Below are positions 17,557 through 27,505 of a DNA stretch of 64,000 nt, piece by piece. This stretch comes from Pirellulales bacterium (GTDB lineage: Bacteria > Planctomycetota > Planctomycetia > Pirellulales > UBA7805): positions 11,990 to 75,989 of the forward strand of contig JAQWPY010000005.1 in the NCBI GenBank assembly GCA_029245145.1, read 5' to 3'. The notes below the pieces were generated by a model. It did no database searches. It saw nothing but the letters and a program-made list of their open reading frames with translations, and was not told the DNA's origin. Made by a program: the position numbers and the translations under genes. The stretch's first letter is position 1. Each line of letters opens with the position of its first letter.

Positions 17557-20424
17557 CTAACTTTCCTGGGAGTGGGGTGAGACTTCTTCGCGGAGCGAAG
17601 CCTCTTTGGCCAAAACTTCAGCGAGGCAGCCACCGGTGGGCTGCCTCGTGTGATGCGCTACCTCTTCTGGAATCCCGCTCGCGACGACGTGCCCGCCGGC
17701 ATCCCCCGCACCCGGCCCCAAGTCGATCACGTAATCTGCCTCTTTGATCAATTGCAGATTGTGGTCGACCACTAAGAGCGAGTGTCCGACATCGAGTAGT
17801 GCGGTAAAACAGTCCTGCAATTGAGTCACGTCCGCAAAATGCAATCCTGCAGTCGGCTCATCGAGAATGTAGAGCGTACGTTTGTGGGCACGACTCGACA
17901 TCGCCGCTGCCATTTTAAGCCGTTGTGCTTCGCCTCCTGAGAGCGTGTTGACACCTTGCCCCAGAGGGAGATACCCCAATCCAACATCCAGCAAGCGTTT
18001 GAGTCGCGCTTGCACTTTGGTCTCGCCACGGAAAAAAACAAATGCCTCCCGAACCGTGAGCCTCAGAACATCCGAAATACTCTTTCCGCGATACAGAATC
18101 TCCAGAACATCCGAAGTATAGCGGGCCCCTCCGCATTCGGGACAATCCATATACACATCCGCGAGAAATTGCATATCGATTTCGATCTGCCCCTCGCCCT
18201 TGCAGCGGGGGCAGCGACCACCATCAACGTTAAAGCTGAAGTGGCTGGCAGTAATATTGCGGGTACGCGCGTCGGTCGACTGTGCAAAAACTCGTCGGAT
18301 TTCATTAAAGGCCTTGATATAGGTCACCGGATTGGATCGTGGGGAACGTCCGAGCGATTGCTGATCGAGCAAAACACAGTCATCAAGTTGATCAGCACCG
18401 TAGATATCCTCATAAGGAAGGCTGGCCACTGCCTGCTTTTTCAACCTGGCACAGAGGGCCGGATACAATGTTTCCTGCACGAGACTACTCTTGCCCGAGC
18501 CACTCACCCCTGTAACGACACAAAGTACGCCGAGCGGGAACTCGACATCTAAATTTTTGAGATTATTTCCTCGCGCTCCCTTGAGTCGAATCCAACCCTG
18601 GTCAGTCGTTCGCCGTTCACAATTTGAACGAAGACCACGACGGAGCATCAAATAGTCTCCCGTAACACTTTCCGCATCCGATTCTATCTCTGCGGGCGTA
18701 CCTTGGAACATAAGCTCGCCACCTTGTTCTCCCGCTCCCGGACCCAACTCCACAATGCGATCTGCAGCACGAATCACGGAAGGCTCATGATCAACTACTA
18801 AGACTGTATTGCTTCGATCGCGAAGATTCACGATGGCCTGTACCAAAGGGCCGACATCGTGGGGATGCAAGCCGATCGAAGGCTCGTCTAGTACATAGAG
18901 CATATTGACCAAATTAGAACCGAGAGCGGTGGTGAGAGCCACGCGCTGTGCCTCGCCAGCCGAGAGAGTGCGCAAGGGACGATCGAGACTGAGATATCCG
19001 AGTCCAACCGATTCGAGGTATCGCAGTCTTGAATCAATCTCAAGGAGCACGCGCTTCGCCACTTGATTCTTCTCTTCTTCCTGAATGACAGTCGCAATCC
19101 ATTCCCTGCATTGCGTTATCTGAAGCTCGCAGATTTGCGCAATGTTACGATTTGCAACGTAAGTTGCCAGCGAGCCTTTCTTTAGCCGAGCACCGTCACA
19201 TTCAAGACACGGTCGGTAGCTTTTCCATCGGCTCAGAAACACGCGAACCGGCATCTTGTACTTCCGCCGTTCGAGCCATGAGAAAAATCCATTGAGCCCA
19301 CCAAATTCACGCTCCGCGACCCCCCGGACAATTCGATCGATATGCTGCGGGCTCAATTCGCGATAGGGAATGTCCACCGGTATTTCATAATCATCTGCCA
19401 GTTCCAACAATTCCTCCAACTCGTGCCGGTAGGCGGGACTGTTCCACGGGGCCACGGCGCCCTCGCGGAGCGTCTTCTCTTTGTCAGGAACCACAAGGTC
19501 CATATCGACCTCTGCGATCGTGCCGAACCCTTCACATGCTTCACAGGCACCGAGGGGACTATTGAAGTTGAAATAACCAGGGTCGATCTGCGGATAACAA
19601 ATGCGGCAATCGGGACATGTCATTTCTTCACTAAATCCGATCCGGCGCATGGGCCGTTCATTGATCATGACAAACTGTTCCGATCCTTCGTGTTCACCCC
19701 CTTCCATCCAAATAAAAGACTCGCCGCTGCCGTGCGTAAAAGCTGTCTCCAGAGAGTCTCTCAGTCTTTCGACTTGGAGCTTCCCTGAGACGAACCGATC
19801 CACGACGATCTCAACAGAGGACGTTTCAGCGTGTTCACCCTCTGACAGGCGGCGCTGAATTTCTTCGAGGGGCAAAATTTCCCCGTCGAAGATACCGCGA
19901 CGAAAACCCTCCTGATGCAACGGCTTGCTCCAGTCTTCCGGAGAAACCTCTTCATCACACGGCGCCGCAAATGTCACTAGCACCCGAGCTTCTTTCGCCT
20001 GCTGCTTGACCCAATCAGCCGCACTCTCGGTCGTATCGGACGTGACCACGCGACCACAGCCATAACATCGAGTGACTCCCACTTTGGAAAAAAGCAGGTG
20101 GAGGTGGGGTGCCACCTCTGTGGCGGTCCCTACCGTTACGCGATTGGACCGACTCGCCTGCCGGGGAGTCACCGCGATCGACGCAGGAATCCCGGTAATT
20201 TTTTCAGCCGCAGGCTGGGGTAATTGTTCTAGAAATTGTCTCGTATAGGGCGAAAAACTTTCAATGTATCTTCGTTGAGACTCCGCGTAGAGCGTATCGA
20301 TCGCCAAGCTCGTTTTACCACTCCCCGAAACGCCGCAAAAAACGATCAGTTCGCGCAGCGGCAAATCGAGATCAATTTTTTTCAGATTGTGAACCTCAAC
20401 GCCCCGCAGCGTGATTGCCTGCAT
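17557..20424 (-). CDS. UvrA-family ABC ATPase (diverged paralogue)
   Basis: 955 aa. Two Walker A motifs ([20 protein letters not shown]), signatures LSAGEAQR and LSGGEAQR, Walker B motifs LYVLDEPS and LYILDEPT, and the zinc-module Cys pairs. N-terminal motif DTLYAESQRRYIESFSPYTRQFL. Confidence 0.9.
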   Translation of the reverse strand: MQAITLRGVEVHNLKKIDLDLPLRELIVFCGVSGSGKTSLAIDTLYAESQRRYIESFSPYTRQFLEQLPQPAAEKITGIPASIAVTPRQASRSNRVTVGTATEVAPHLHLLFSKVGVTRCYGCGRVVTSDTTESAADWVKQQAKEARVLVTFAAPCDEEVSPEDWSKPLHQEGFRRGIFDGEILPLEEIQRRLSEGEHAETSSVEIVVDRFVSGKLQVERLRDSLETAFTHGSGESFIWMEGGEHEGSEQFVMINERPMRRIGFSEEMTCPDCRICYPQIDPGYFNFNSPLGACEACEGFGTIAEVDMDLVVPDKEKTLREGAVAPWNSPAYRHELEELLELADDYEIPVDIPYRELSPQHIDRIVRGVAEREFGGLNGFFSWLERRKYKMPVRVFLSRWKSYRPCLECDGARLKKGSLATYVANRNIAQICELQITQCREWIATVIQEEEKNQVAKRVLLEIDSRLRYLESVGLGYLSLDRPLRTLSAGEAQRVALTTALGSNLVNMLYVLDEPSIGLHPHDVGPLVQAIVNLRDRSNTVLVVDHEPSVIRAADRIVELGPGAGEQGGELMFQGTPAEIESDAESVTGDYLMLRRGLRSNCERRTTDQGWIRLKGARGNNLKNLDVEFPLGVLCVVTGVSGSGKSSLVQETLYPALCARLKKQAVASLPYEDIYGADQLDDCVLLDQQSLGRSPRSNPVTYIKAFNEIRRVFAQSTDARTRNITASHFSFNVDGGRCPRCKGEGQIEIDMQFLADVYMDCPECGGARYTSDVLEILYRGKSISDVLRLTVREAFVFFRGETKVQARLKRLLDVGLGYLPLGQGVNTLSGGEAQRLKMAAAMSSRAHKRTLYILDEPTAGLHFADVTQLQDCFTALLDVGHSLLVVDHNLQLIKEADYVIDLGPGAGDAGGHVVASGIPEEVAHHTRQPTGGCLAEVLAKEASLREEVSPHSQES

Positions 20425-20567
20425 CGATACGGTTGCTCCCTCAGGGCTCTAGGCGAAGAAGTTGAATTCCTTATCCTATCTCGCATCCTGGCGATTTACG
20501 AGAGATGGTCATTGGAGGAAAGGCGGAGGGTCGCCTCCGGCGCTGGCGATTTTGTTATAATCGGTCA

Positions 20568-20900
20568 ATGAAATCAAAAATTAAAAATCCGTTTTATGCC
20601 CTGCTCGTTCTCGTGGGAGTGGCTTTTGTCGTCACTGCATCGGCTTACGGGGTCATGACGGTGCGTGGCACGGATCGCTCGCTGCCAGAGAGTCCGCAAA
20701 CGGGAATCCTTGGGTTCATGGACCGTTACGGAAACTGGGTCCTGACAGTCGAAGTGGTCCTTTTGGGAGTGCTGACGGTGGCTGCCATGGGCACCGACCA
20801 GCTCGAAACTCCGCAGATAAACAGGAATGCAAATGAGGGATCTGAAGAATGTCTGTCGACATCAAAAACGAATCACTCACAAAAAGGAACGGAAACATGA
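20568..20900 (+). CDS. small membrane protein (two predicted TM helices)
   Basis: ATG at 20568 (MKSKIKNPFYALLVLVGVAFVVTASAYGV...) with a second hydrophobic stretch WVLTVEVVLLGVLTVAAMG. I recognise no family. Confidence 0.45.
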   Translation: MKSKIKNPFYALLVLVGVAFVVTASAYGVMTVRGTDRSLPESPQTGILGFMDRYGNWVLTVEVVLLGVLTVAAMGTDQLETPQINRNANEGSEECLSTSKTNHSQKGTET

Positions 20901-21289
20901 AAGTGAATCGATCCGAGCAGATTGAATCGCAGGAAGTCTCGATGGAAGGCGCTACCGGGTGCAGTGTCCGTTGGCTCATCAACCAAACAGACGGCGCACC
21001 CAATTTCGCGATGCGACAATTTGTCGTCAATCCTGCGGGGCACACTCCGAAACACCGTCATCCGTACGAACACGAAGTATACGTACTGGCGGGCAACGGG
21101 GTCGTTCTGGAGGGCGATGAGGAACATCCGATTGCTGCCGGTGATTTTGTATACGTCGGTCCCGATGAAATTCATCAATTTCGAAATACGGGCTCTGCAC
21201 CACTCACATTTCTTTGCCTAGTGCCACACATCCCGGATGGTACTCCGGTCAATACGGTTCCCGAATGCGAACAGACGGCCGACAACTGA
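20897..21289 (+). CDS. cupin domain-containing protein
   Basis: GHTPKHRHPYEHEVYVLAG...GDFVYVGPDEIHQFRN matches the two cupin motifs. The ATG at 20897 overlaps the upstream stop (ATGA). Confidence 0.75.
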   Translation: MKVNRSEQIESQEVSMEGATGCSVRWLINQTDGAPNFAMRQFVVNPAGHTPKHRHPYEHEVYVLAGNGVVLEGDEEHPIAAGDFVYVGPDEIHQFRNTGSAPLTFLCLVPHIPDGTPVNTVPECEQTADN

Positions 21290-21335
21290 TTGCAAATTTT
21301 TTCCGCTGTTTTACAACCTGAAATCCTCTTCGCCT

Positions 21336-23339
21336 ATGGCTCCATCGATCCCACAAGAAGTCGAAGCACTACGCGATGAGATCCGTCATCACGATCGAAA
21401 ATATTTCGTAGAAGCAAATCCGGATATTTCGGATCTCGAATACGATCGGCTAATGGAGCGGTTGAGGAAACTCGAGGCGGCACACCCGGATTTACATTCT
21501 CCCGATAGTCCCACGCAGCGGGTCGGGGAGCGCCCGGTCGAAAATCTCACATCGGTTGAACATGGCGTGCCAATGCTTTCGATCGATAACACCTACAGTG
21601 CTGAGGAGGTCCGCAAATATGCCGACCGCATTGCCAAACTTGTTCCAGGCGAAACCATTCAGTGGGTTGTGGAACTGAAGGTGGATGGAGTGGCCGCCAC
21701 CGTCATTTATCAAAATGGCGGCCTCACGCAGGCGCTCACTCGGGGAAACGGCGTAGTGGGCGATGACATCACTCACAACATTAGAACCGTAAAAGATATC
21801 CCATTGCGACTGACGACCGATCGCGCGCCCGTACAACTGGAGGTACGTGGCGAAATTTATATGACCAACTCCGATCTTGTTGAGCTCAACCGGCGTCAAG
21901 AAAAGCAGGGGGAACCAACCTTTGCCAATACGCGAAATGTGACTGCGGGAAGCATCCGCTTGCTTGACCCTCGCAAATGTGCGCAAAGACCATTACACAT
22001 GTTTTGCCATGGCGTGGGAGAAACGGAAGAATTAAAAGCAGAAACCCACATGGATTTTTTGAAGGAGCTTCGAGAATACGGGTTGCCCACCACTCCCTAC
22101 GTTGAGTGTTTTGATTCGATCGACACCGTACTGGCGCACTGCGAAAGCTTGGTCGAAAGACTCCATACGTTGGACTTCGAAGTGGATGGCTTGGTGATCA
22201 AGGTCAATCACTTTGACCAGCGCAAGCGACTGGGAAGCACGGCAAAGAGTCCCCGCTGGATGATCGCCTATAAAATTGAGAAATATGAGGCGGTGACTCA
22301 ACTCAACGAAATCCGTGTACAGATCGGGAAAACGGGAACTGTGACTCCGGTCGCAGAATTAAAACCGGTTGAATTAGCCGGAACCACCGTCAGTCGTGCC
22401 AGTCTGCACAATGCCGAGGAAATTGAACGCAAGGACATTCGACCCGGTGACACCGTCGTGGTCGAAAAAGCGGGAAAGATCATCCCTCATATTGTGAGGG
22501 TGGAGCTACACAAGAGAAAAGGATCTCCGGCAAAATTTAAGTTCCCGACTTCCTGCCCGGAGTGCGATACACCACTAAAAAAAGACGACGGGGGAGTCTA
22601 CATCCGCTGCCCCAACTTCGACTGCCCTGCACAATTGAAGGAACGAATGCGCTACTTTGCCAGTCGCAATGCGATGCAGATTGAAGGATTAGGCGAGGCG
22701 TTGATCGATCAATTGATCGATCAAGGGCTCGTTACAACCTACGGAGATCTCTATCGACTCCAAAAGAATCAGCTCACAACACTCGAGCGCGTAGGGAGCA
22801 AGTCGGCTGACAATTTGCTATCGCAAATTGATGCCAGTCGAAAACGGGGGCTCGCTCGATTGCTCAACGCCCTTTCCATTCGCCACGTGGGGCGGAATGT
22901 TGCCATCCTGCTGGCAAATAGATTTGGCGCACTCGAAGCAATTCAAAACTGCTCCGTGGAAGAATTGGCAGAGGTCAACGAAATTGGTGAAATCATCGCT
23001 CGCAGCGTCTATGACTTCCTGCACTCGCCTCAGGGAGAAAAAATGGTTGCCGATCTTTCTGCGGTCGGCGTCGAACTCAACGCAACCGAAACGGCGGCGA
23101 CCGACGGGTCACAACTTGAGGGTAAAACATGCGTGGTGACCGGAATTTTAACGGAATACACGCGGGATGAAATTCACGCGTTGATCACACAACACGGGGG
23201 TCGTGCGGCCTCGAGTGTTTCTGCGAAAACGGATTTCCTGATTGCAGGAGAAAAGGCGGGGAGCAAATTAGAGAAGGCAAAAAAACTAGGGGTCCCTGTT
23301 CTCTCCGAATCTGATTTTTCCGGTCTGCTCGCCGAGTAG
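21336..23339 (+). CDS. ligA: NAD-dependent DNA ligase
   Basis: Adenylation motif VELKVDG, a four-Cys zinc finger (CPECDTPL...CPNFDCPAQ), an HhH region and a C-terminal BRCT (GKTCVVTG...). The ATG at 21336 is the likely start. Confidence 0.95.
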   Translation: MAPSIPQEVEALRDEIRHHDRKYFVEANPDISDLEYDRLMERLRKLEAAHPDLHSPDSPTQRVGERPVENLTSVEHGVPMLSIDNTYSAEEVRKYADRIAKLVPGETIQWVVELKVDGVAATVIYQNGGLTQALTRGNGVVGDDITHNIRTVKDIPLRLTTDRAPVQLEVRGEIYMTNSDLVELNRRQEKQGEPTFANTRNVTAGSIRLLDPRKCAQRPLHMFCHGVGETEELKAETHMDFLKELREYGLPTTPYVECFDSIDTVLAHCESLVERLHTLDFEVDGLVIKVNHFDQRKRLGSTAKSPRWMIAYKIEKYEAVTQLNEIRVQIGKTGTVTPVAELKPVELAGTTVSRASLHNAEEIERKDIRPGDTVVVEKAGKIIPHIVRVELHKRKGSPAKFKFPTSCPECDTPLKKDDGGVYIRCPNFDCPAQLKERMRYFASRNAMQIEGLGEALIDQLIDQGLVTTYGDLYRLQKNQLTTLERVGSKSADNLLSQIDASRKRGLARLLNALSIRHVGRNVAILLANRFGALEAIQNCSVEELAEVNEIGEIIARSVYDFLHSPQGEKMVADLSAVGVELNATETAATDGSQLEGKTCVVTGILTEYTRDEIHALITQHGGRAASSVSAKTDFLIAGEKAGSKLEKAKKLGVPVLSESDFSGLLAE

Positions 23340-23456
23340 CCACCGTGGCTATCCAGCGATGCGATCTTTTCTTAGAATCCTCCATCATGAAGGTGACGAT
23401 AAACGCACCTGGCATGAAACCCGAGTAATGGGACCCTCTAGGAAAGGACGGCAAAG

Positions 23457-24011
23457 ATGAGTGAGCGTATTGGCATCCGTGTAGGCGAAGCGTTGGTCCG
23501 TGGTAGCACCAAGCCGACAGCCGCAGAACCTGAACTGGTCATCGGCGAAATGGACGGACCGGTAGGGCAAGCATTCGCCACTCTGTTAGGCGACCAAGTG
23601 AAGGGCCATACGCGGGTACTCGCGCTGCTCAACGGTGATGTTGCGGTCAAGCCGGCCACCCTGATGGTGAGTAAAGTGACCGTTAACAAAAACAAATACA
23701 CAAACATCTTAATGGGAACCGTTCAGGCAGCTGTGGCAAACGGGGTGCTGGATGCGGTACGAGAAGGTATTATTCCGAAAGACAAGGCAAACGACCTTGG
23801 CATCATTGCTGCAATTTGGGTGACTCCCGCCGCGGCCGATGATCCGGAATTGGACCATCAGGATCTCTTCGATACCCACCGAAAGGCGATGTTTGAAGCC
23901 ATCCGCAAGGCAATGCAAGGTGAGCCATCTATCGATTGGCTCCTCGAGAATCAAGACAAAATCGAGCATAAGTACTTTAAGCTCGGTCTTGCAGGAGAAC
24001 TGCCCGGGTAA
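23457..24011 (+). CDS. fae: formaldehyde-activating enzyme (Fae) family protein
   Basis: 184 aa. The pattern VGEALVRG...ELVIGEMDGPVGQAF...LALLNGDVAVKPATLMVSKVTV...GIIPKDKANDL matches my recollection of the Methylobacterium Fae layout. Confidence 0.75.
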   Translation: MSERIGIRVGEALVRGSTKPTAAEPELVIGEMDGPVGQAFATLLGDQVKGHTRVLALLNGDVAVKPATLMVSKVTVNKNKYTNILMGTVQAAVANGVLDAVREGIIPKDKANDLGIIAAIWVTPAAADDPELDHQDLFDTHRKAMFEAIRKAMQGEPSIDWLLENQDKIEHKYFKLGLAGELPG

Positions 24012-24015
24012 CGGG

Positions 24016-25356
24016 CTAGGCATCGGCAATCGATGGATCGATCTTAGCGACATCGCCCCGCCGAGGTGCCGTCTCGGGCAGCATGATGCAAATGATCAGC
24101 GCTACGATGAATAACGCGGGGATCACTGCCATTGCCCAGCGGAAGTCGCTGGCCGTAGCCGTATCGAGCAGATGCGCGGGATCGATCTTCGACTTTGCAT
24201 AGTGGTGAAAAAATCTCACTTCGGTGGTCAAGACCCAACCAATCCAAATCTGCAGCACGGCCGCAATCATCATGGTGATGAAATTGCAGCACGCGGTTGC
24301 CGTTCCACGCAAAGGTTTCGGCGCAACCTCCATGGAGGCGGCAAAACAGATAACCTGCGTGCTCGTAAAAAGCCCACCCACAAACATCATTATCAATAAG
24401 CCGGTGTACCCCAGGTATCCGGGCCAGAGAAGAATGCACATCGCCACACCACCACCAATACTACCGATCATCAGGGGGCGTCGTCGGGATCCCCAGCGGT
24501 CCGAGAGTACGCCCACGAGGGGACTTCCTAAAAGCCATCCAAGGGCTAGCACGATTGTGGCAAAACTTGCCTCCTCCGCTGTGTAACCGCCTGCTTTTTC
24601 CATGAAGGTATTACCCCACATGGCGGCGACAACACTCAGCGGCAAATAGAGAATGGCGCTGATGACACCGAGCCCCCAGATGGGCCAAGAGACCAGAACT
24701 CTCAAAATGCCCCGCAAGATGCTGATCTGCGTTCTGTCCTCCGGGGTAAATCGCTCATGAAACCATGCGGGCCGCTTGGGAATGACCAAAAGCAGGATCA
24801 CCGCATATACAATGCCGGCCCATCCACAGGTCACCACAACATTTCGCCAACCGAAGGCATCGACTGCCTTGACCATGGGAGTCTGCCCAATGACTTCCCC
24901 CAAAATGCCGACCGCCGTTGTAATACCCGCGATCAGCGCCAAGCGGCTCGGGGGAAACCACACGGTGGCAATGTAGACCGCGCCCACAAAGGCAAAGGCT
25001 GACCCTAAACCGGCCATACCCCGCGCAAGGCCGATGGCAGGCAGGCTGTGCCCCCAGGCAAAGATCAAACATCCGGACCCGCAAATGGCTGCCGCACCGA
25101 CAAGTAAAAATTTGGTGCCAAATCGGTCAAAGAGTCCGCCGACCACCAACTGCATTGGTGCATAGACCCACAAGTAGACCGCCAGGGCGGAAGAGAGCGC
25201 CACGGGCGTCGCGTGGAGTTCTGTCGATAAATCATCCATGATGACGCTCGGCATCACCCGGACGAAAAATTCATAAAGAAAAAAAAAGGCGGCAAAGCCC
25301 CAGAAGATCCAACCCGACCAATGTCCGCGCTCGAGCCGCGACCCCAAATCCCGCAT
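24016..25356 (-). CDS. MFS transporter
   Basis: 446 aa with about 12 hydrophobic helices and a loop 2-3 motif GGLFDRFG (the MFS D-R-x-G-R-like signature). Confidence 0.85.
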   Translation of the reverse strand: MRDLGSRLERGHWSGWIFWGFAAFFFLYEFFVRVMPSVIMDDLSTELHATPVALSSALAVYLWVYAPMQLVVGGLFDRFGTKFLLVGAAAICGSGCLIFAWGHSLPAIGLARGMAGLGSAFAFVGAVYIATVWFPPSRLALIAGITTAVGILGEVIGQTPMVKAVDAFGWRNVVVTCGWAGIVYAVILLLVIPKRPAWFHERFTPEDRTQISILRGILRVLVSWPIWGLGVISAILYLPLSVVAAMWGNTFMEKAGGYTAEEASFATIVLALGWLLGSPLVGVLSDRWGSRRRPLMIGSIGGGVAMCILLWPGYLGYTGLLIMMFVGGLFTSTQVICFAASMEVAPKPLRGTATACCNFITMMIAAVLQIWIGWVLTTEVRFFHHYAKSKIDPAHLLDTATASDFRWAMAVIPALFIVALIICIMLPETAPRRGDVAKIDPSIADA

Positions 25357-25503
25357 CGAAGAGCTCCCTTACACCGAACGACCTCAAAAAACATGTCTCA
25401 AACAATGCATGCCGAAGCATTGATGTGTTTTATACCATTTGGAGCGAAGCACGAACAGAGTCCGCTCTCCAATCATAAAAATCAGTAGTCGAGGCGCAAG
25501 TCA

Positions 25504-26529
25504 TCAGGACTGAGAGAGCCCCTGGAGAAAATTGGCGTATCCGGCAACCATATTCACCAGGATGCCGACGATCATCAGGGCGACAAAAATCCAAACGACG
25601 AACCCGGCTAACTTGGTGATTGTCGCCATCGCCGCCTGCGCCCTTTGCTGGTAGAGATCGGCAAGGCGCTGGAGCGATTCGTCCAATCGCCCACTCTGCT
25701 CACCGACCTGAAGGGCACCCAATAAATCATCCGGAAAACTGCCCGTTTGCAGAAGAGCCACATAGAGTTCCTCTCCGGAGGAAAGCGATTCGGAGACGGC
25801 ACCCTGATGCGTTATATAAAATCGATTTCCTGTCGCAGCAAAAGCGAGCGGTACGGCGCGACGAATATCCATGCCGGCCTCCAGTAAAAGCGAGAGGGAC
25901 CAACAAAATCGCATCAAGCAACTCGTTCGAAGCAATGCTCCGATTCCCGGAATCTTGAGTAGGCCGCCTCCGAGAAAATATTCCGAACGGCGACGAAGAA
26001 AAACAAAGAGACTGAATCCCAATGCGAAGATGACACCCCAGAAGATAATATAGATTGCCAAACCGCTACTGCCGACGAGTCCAAGCCCGATGATATCGTA
26101 TTCGGCAGACCCTCTGGATGCAGCAATTGCATCTAAAATCCAAATTAAAAAACCAACGATGAAGATGGCAGCAAAAAACTGGATGGCAGGCCACGTCATC
26201 CCCGCAACAAGCGCTCGCTGCATGCGCACACGGTGCTCGTAATGAAGCGTGAGGCGACGAAGTACGGTCGGTAATTTTCCGGTCGTCTCGCCGATGTCAA
26301 TCAACTGGACGAAGAGGGGTGGAAAATAGTCTCCGTTCCGAGCAACGACATCAGCAAGGGCTTCCCCCTGCTCTAGCGCAGCCGCCACATGGCGAAGAGG
26401 TGGGGCGATGCGTCCTCGTGCCCTATCTGCCTCGCGGCGCCAGACAACACGCTGTTCAATACCCGATTCGAGCGCGGTGGCCACACGGCCACAGAGGGCG
26501 GCAAGCTGTGAAATTGGTATTTTGGACAT
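25504..26529 (-). CDS. type II secretion / type IV pilus platform protein (GspF/PilC family)
   Basis: Two repeated T2SS-F-like modules (GEALADV...LIDIGETTGKL and GEELYVAL...ALQVGEQSGRL), each followed by TM helices. The likely start is MSKIPISQ at 26529. Confidence 0.75.
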   Translation of the reverse strand: MSKIPISQLAALCGRVATALESGIEQRVVWRREADRARGRIAPPLRHVAAALEQGEALADVVARNGDYFPPLFVQLIDIGETTGKLPTVLRRLTLHYEHRVRMQRALVAGMTWPAIQFFAAIFIVGFLIWILDAIAASRGSAEYDIIGLGLVGSSGLAIYIIFWGVIFALGFSLFVFLRRRSEYFLGGGLLKIPGIGALLRTSCLMRFCWSLSLLLEAGMDIRRAVPLAFAATGNRFYITHQGAVSESLSSGEELYVALLQTGSFPDDLLGALQVGEQSGRLDESLQRLADLYQQRAQAAMATITKLAGFVVWIFVALMIVGILVNMVAGYANFLQGLSQS

Positions 26530-26618
26530 CACATCTGGTGGTCGCTGCAGATACGGTAAACCCTCGATGAATATGGTAGCATGCTCAGCTGAGAATCGCT
26601 GCACGCAAGGTTTCTAGT

Positions 26619-27470
26619 ATGCCCGCAAAGCCTTTGATTGATAAAGTAGCCCTTATCGGAGTGGGATTTATCGGTGGGTCGATCGGTCTCGCCCTCCGCA
26701 AGCGGCAACTTGCCGAGCGTGTGATTGGAATCGATCCGAATCCACATAATCTGCAAATTGCCCGTAAAAGAAAAGCGATCTTCTCCGGGACCAGGGATCT
26801 GCAACGCGGCATTCAGAATGTCTCGCTGGCCGTAATTTCCGCACCCGTCCAGGAGATACCGCAACTGATCGCCCAAGTGGCCGAGGCAACCGGTGGCGAT
26901 TGCCTGATCACGGATACCGGCAGCGTGAAAGAGCAAATTGTCGCTCAGGTTAAGCGTGGGACGCGTTACATCGGAAGTCATCCTATGGCGGGCAGCGAGC
27001 AGCAGGGCCCCCGGGCAGCTCACGCTGATCTTCTCGAAGACCGCATGGTGATCCTCACGCCATCCGGCAAGATCGCCAGCAATGATTTAAAGCAATTGAA
27101 GCAGTTTTGGGGTGGTTTGGGGGCTCACACCGTACAGATGTCGCCCCTCAAGCACGACCGCATTGTTGCTTCCGTAAGTCATATGCCCCACCTTGCCGCT
27201 GCCGGTCTCGTCGCAGCAACACCTCGCCAAGATATTCCGCACGTTGCCTCCGGTTGGCTCGATACGACCCGAATTGCGTCCAGCGATGCCGACCTTTGGG
27301 TCGATATTTTATGCAACAATCGCGACCACGTCTTGAAGTCTGCCCAGCGGTTTGGCAAGGTATGGGCTCTGCTATGTGAGGCCTTGCAGCAGAATGATCG
27401 TAAGGCGTTAAAAAAAATTCTGCGCGATGCCAACGCGCAGCGCGAGATCGCTGAAAAGGCTTGGAAATAG
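26619..27470 (+). CDS. tyrA: prephenate/arogenate dehydrogenase
   Basis: N-terminal VALIGVGFIGGS Rossmann motif and GSHPMAGSE, the catalytic His motif of TyrA enzymes. Confidence 0.85.
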   Translation: MPAKPLIDKVALIGVGFIGGSIGLALRKRQLAERVIGIDPNPHNLQIARKRKAIFSGTRDLQRGIQNVSLAVISAPVQEIPQLIAQVAEATGGDCLITDTGSVKEQIVAQVKRGTRYIGSHPMAGSEQQGPRAAHADLLEDRMVILTPSGKIASNDLKQLKQFWGGLGAHTVQMSPLKHDRIVASVSHMPHLAAAGLVAATPRQDIPHVASGWLDTTRIASSDADLWVDILCNNRDHVLKSAQRFGKVWALLCEALQQNDRKALKKILRDANAQREIAEKAWK

Positions 27471-27505
27471 ACCGGCCTCCTCCGACAGGATGGAGCCCTT
27501 CATGA

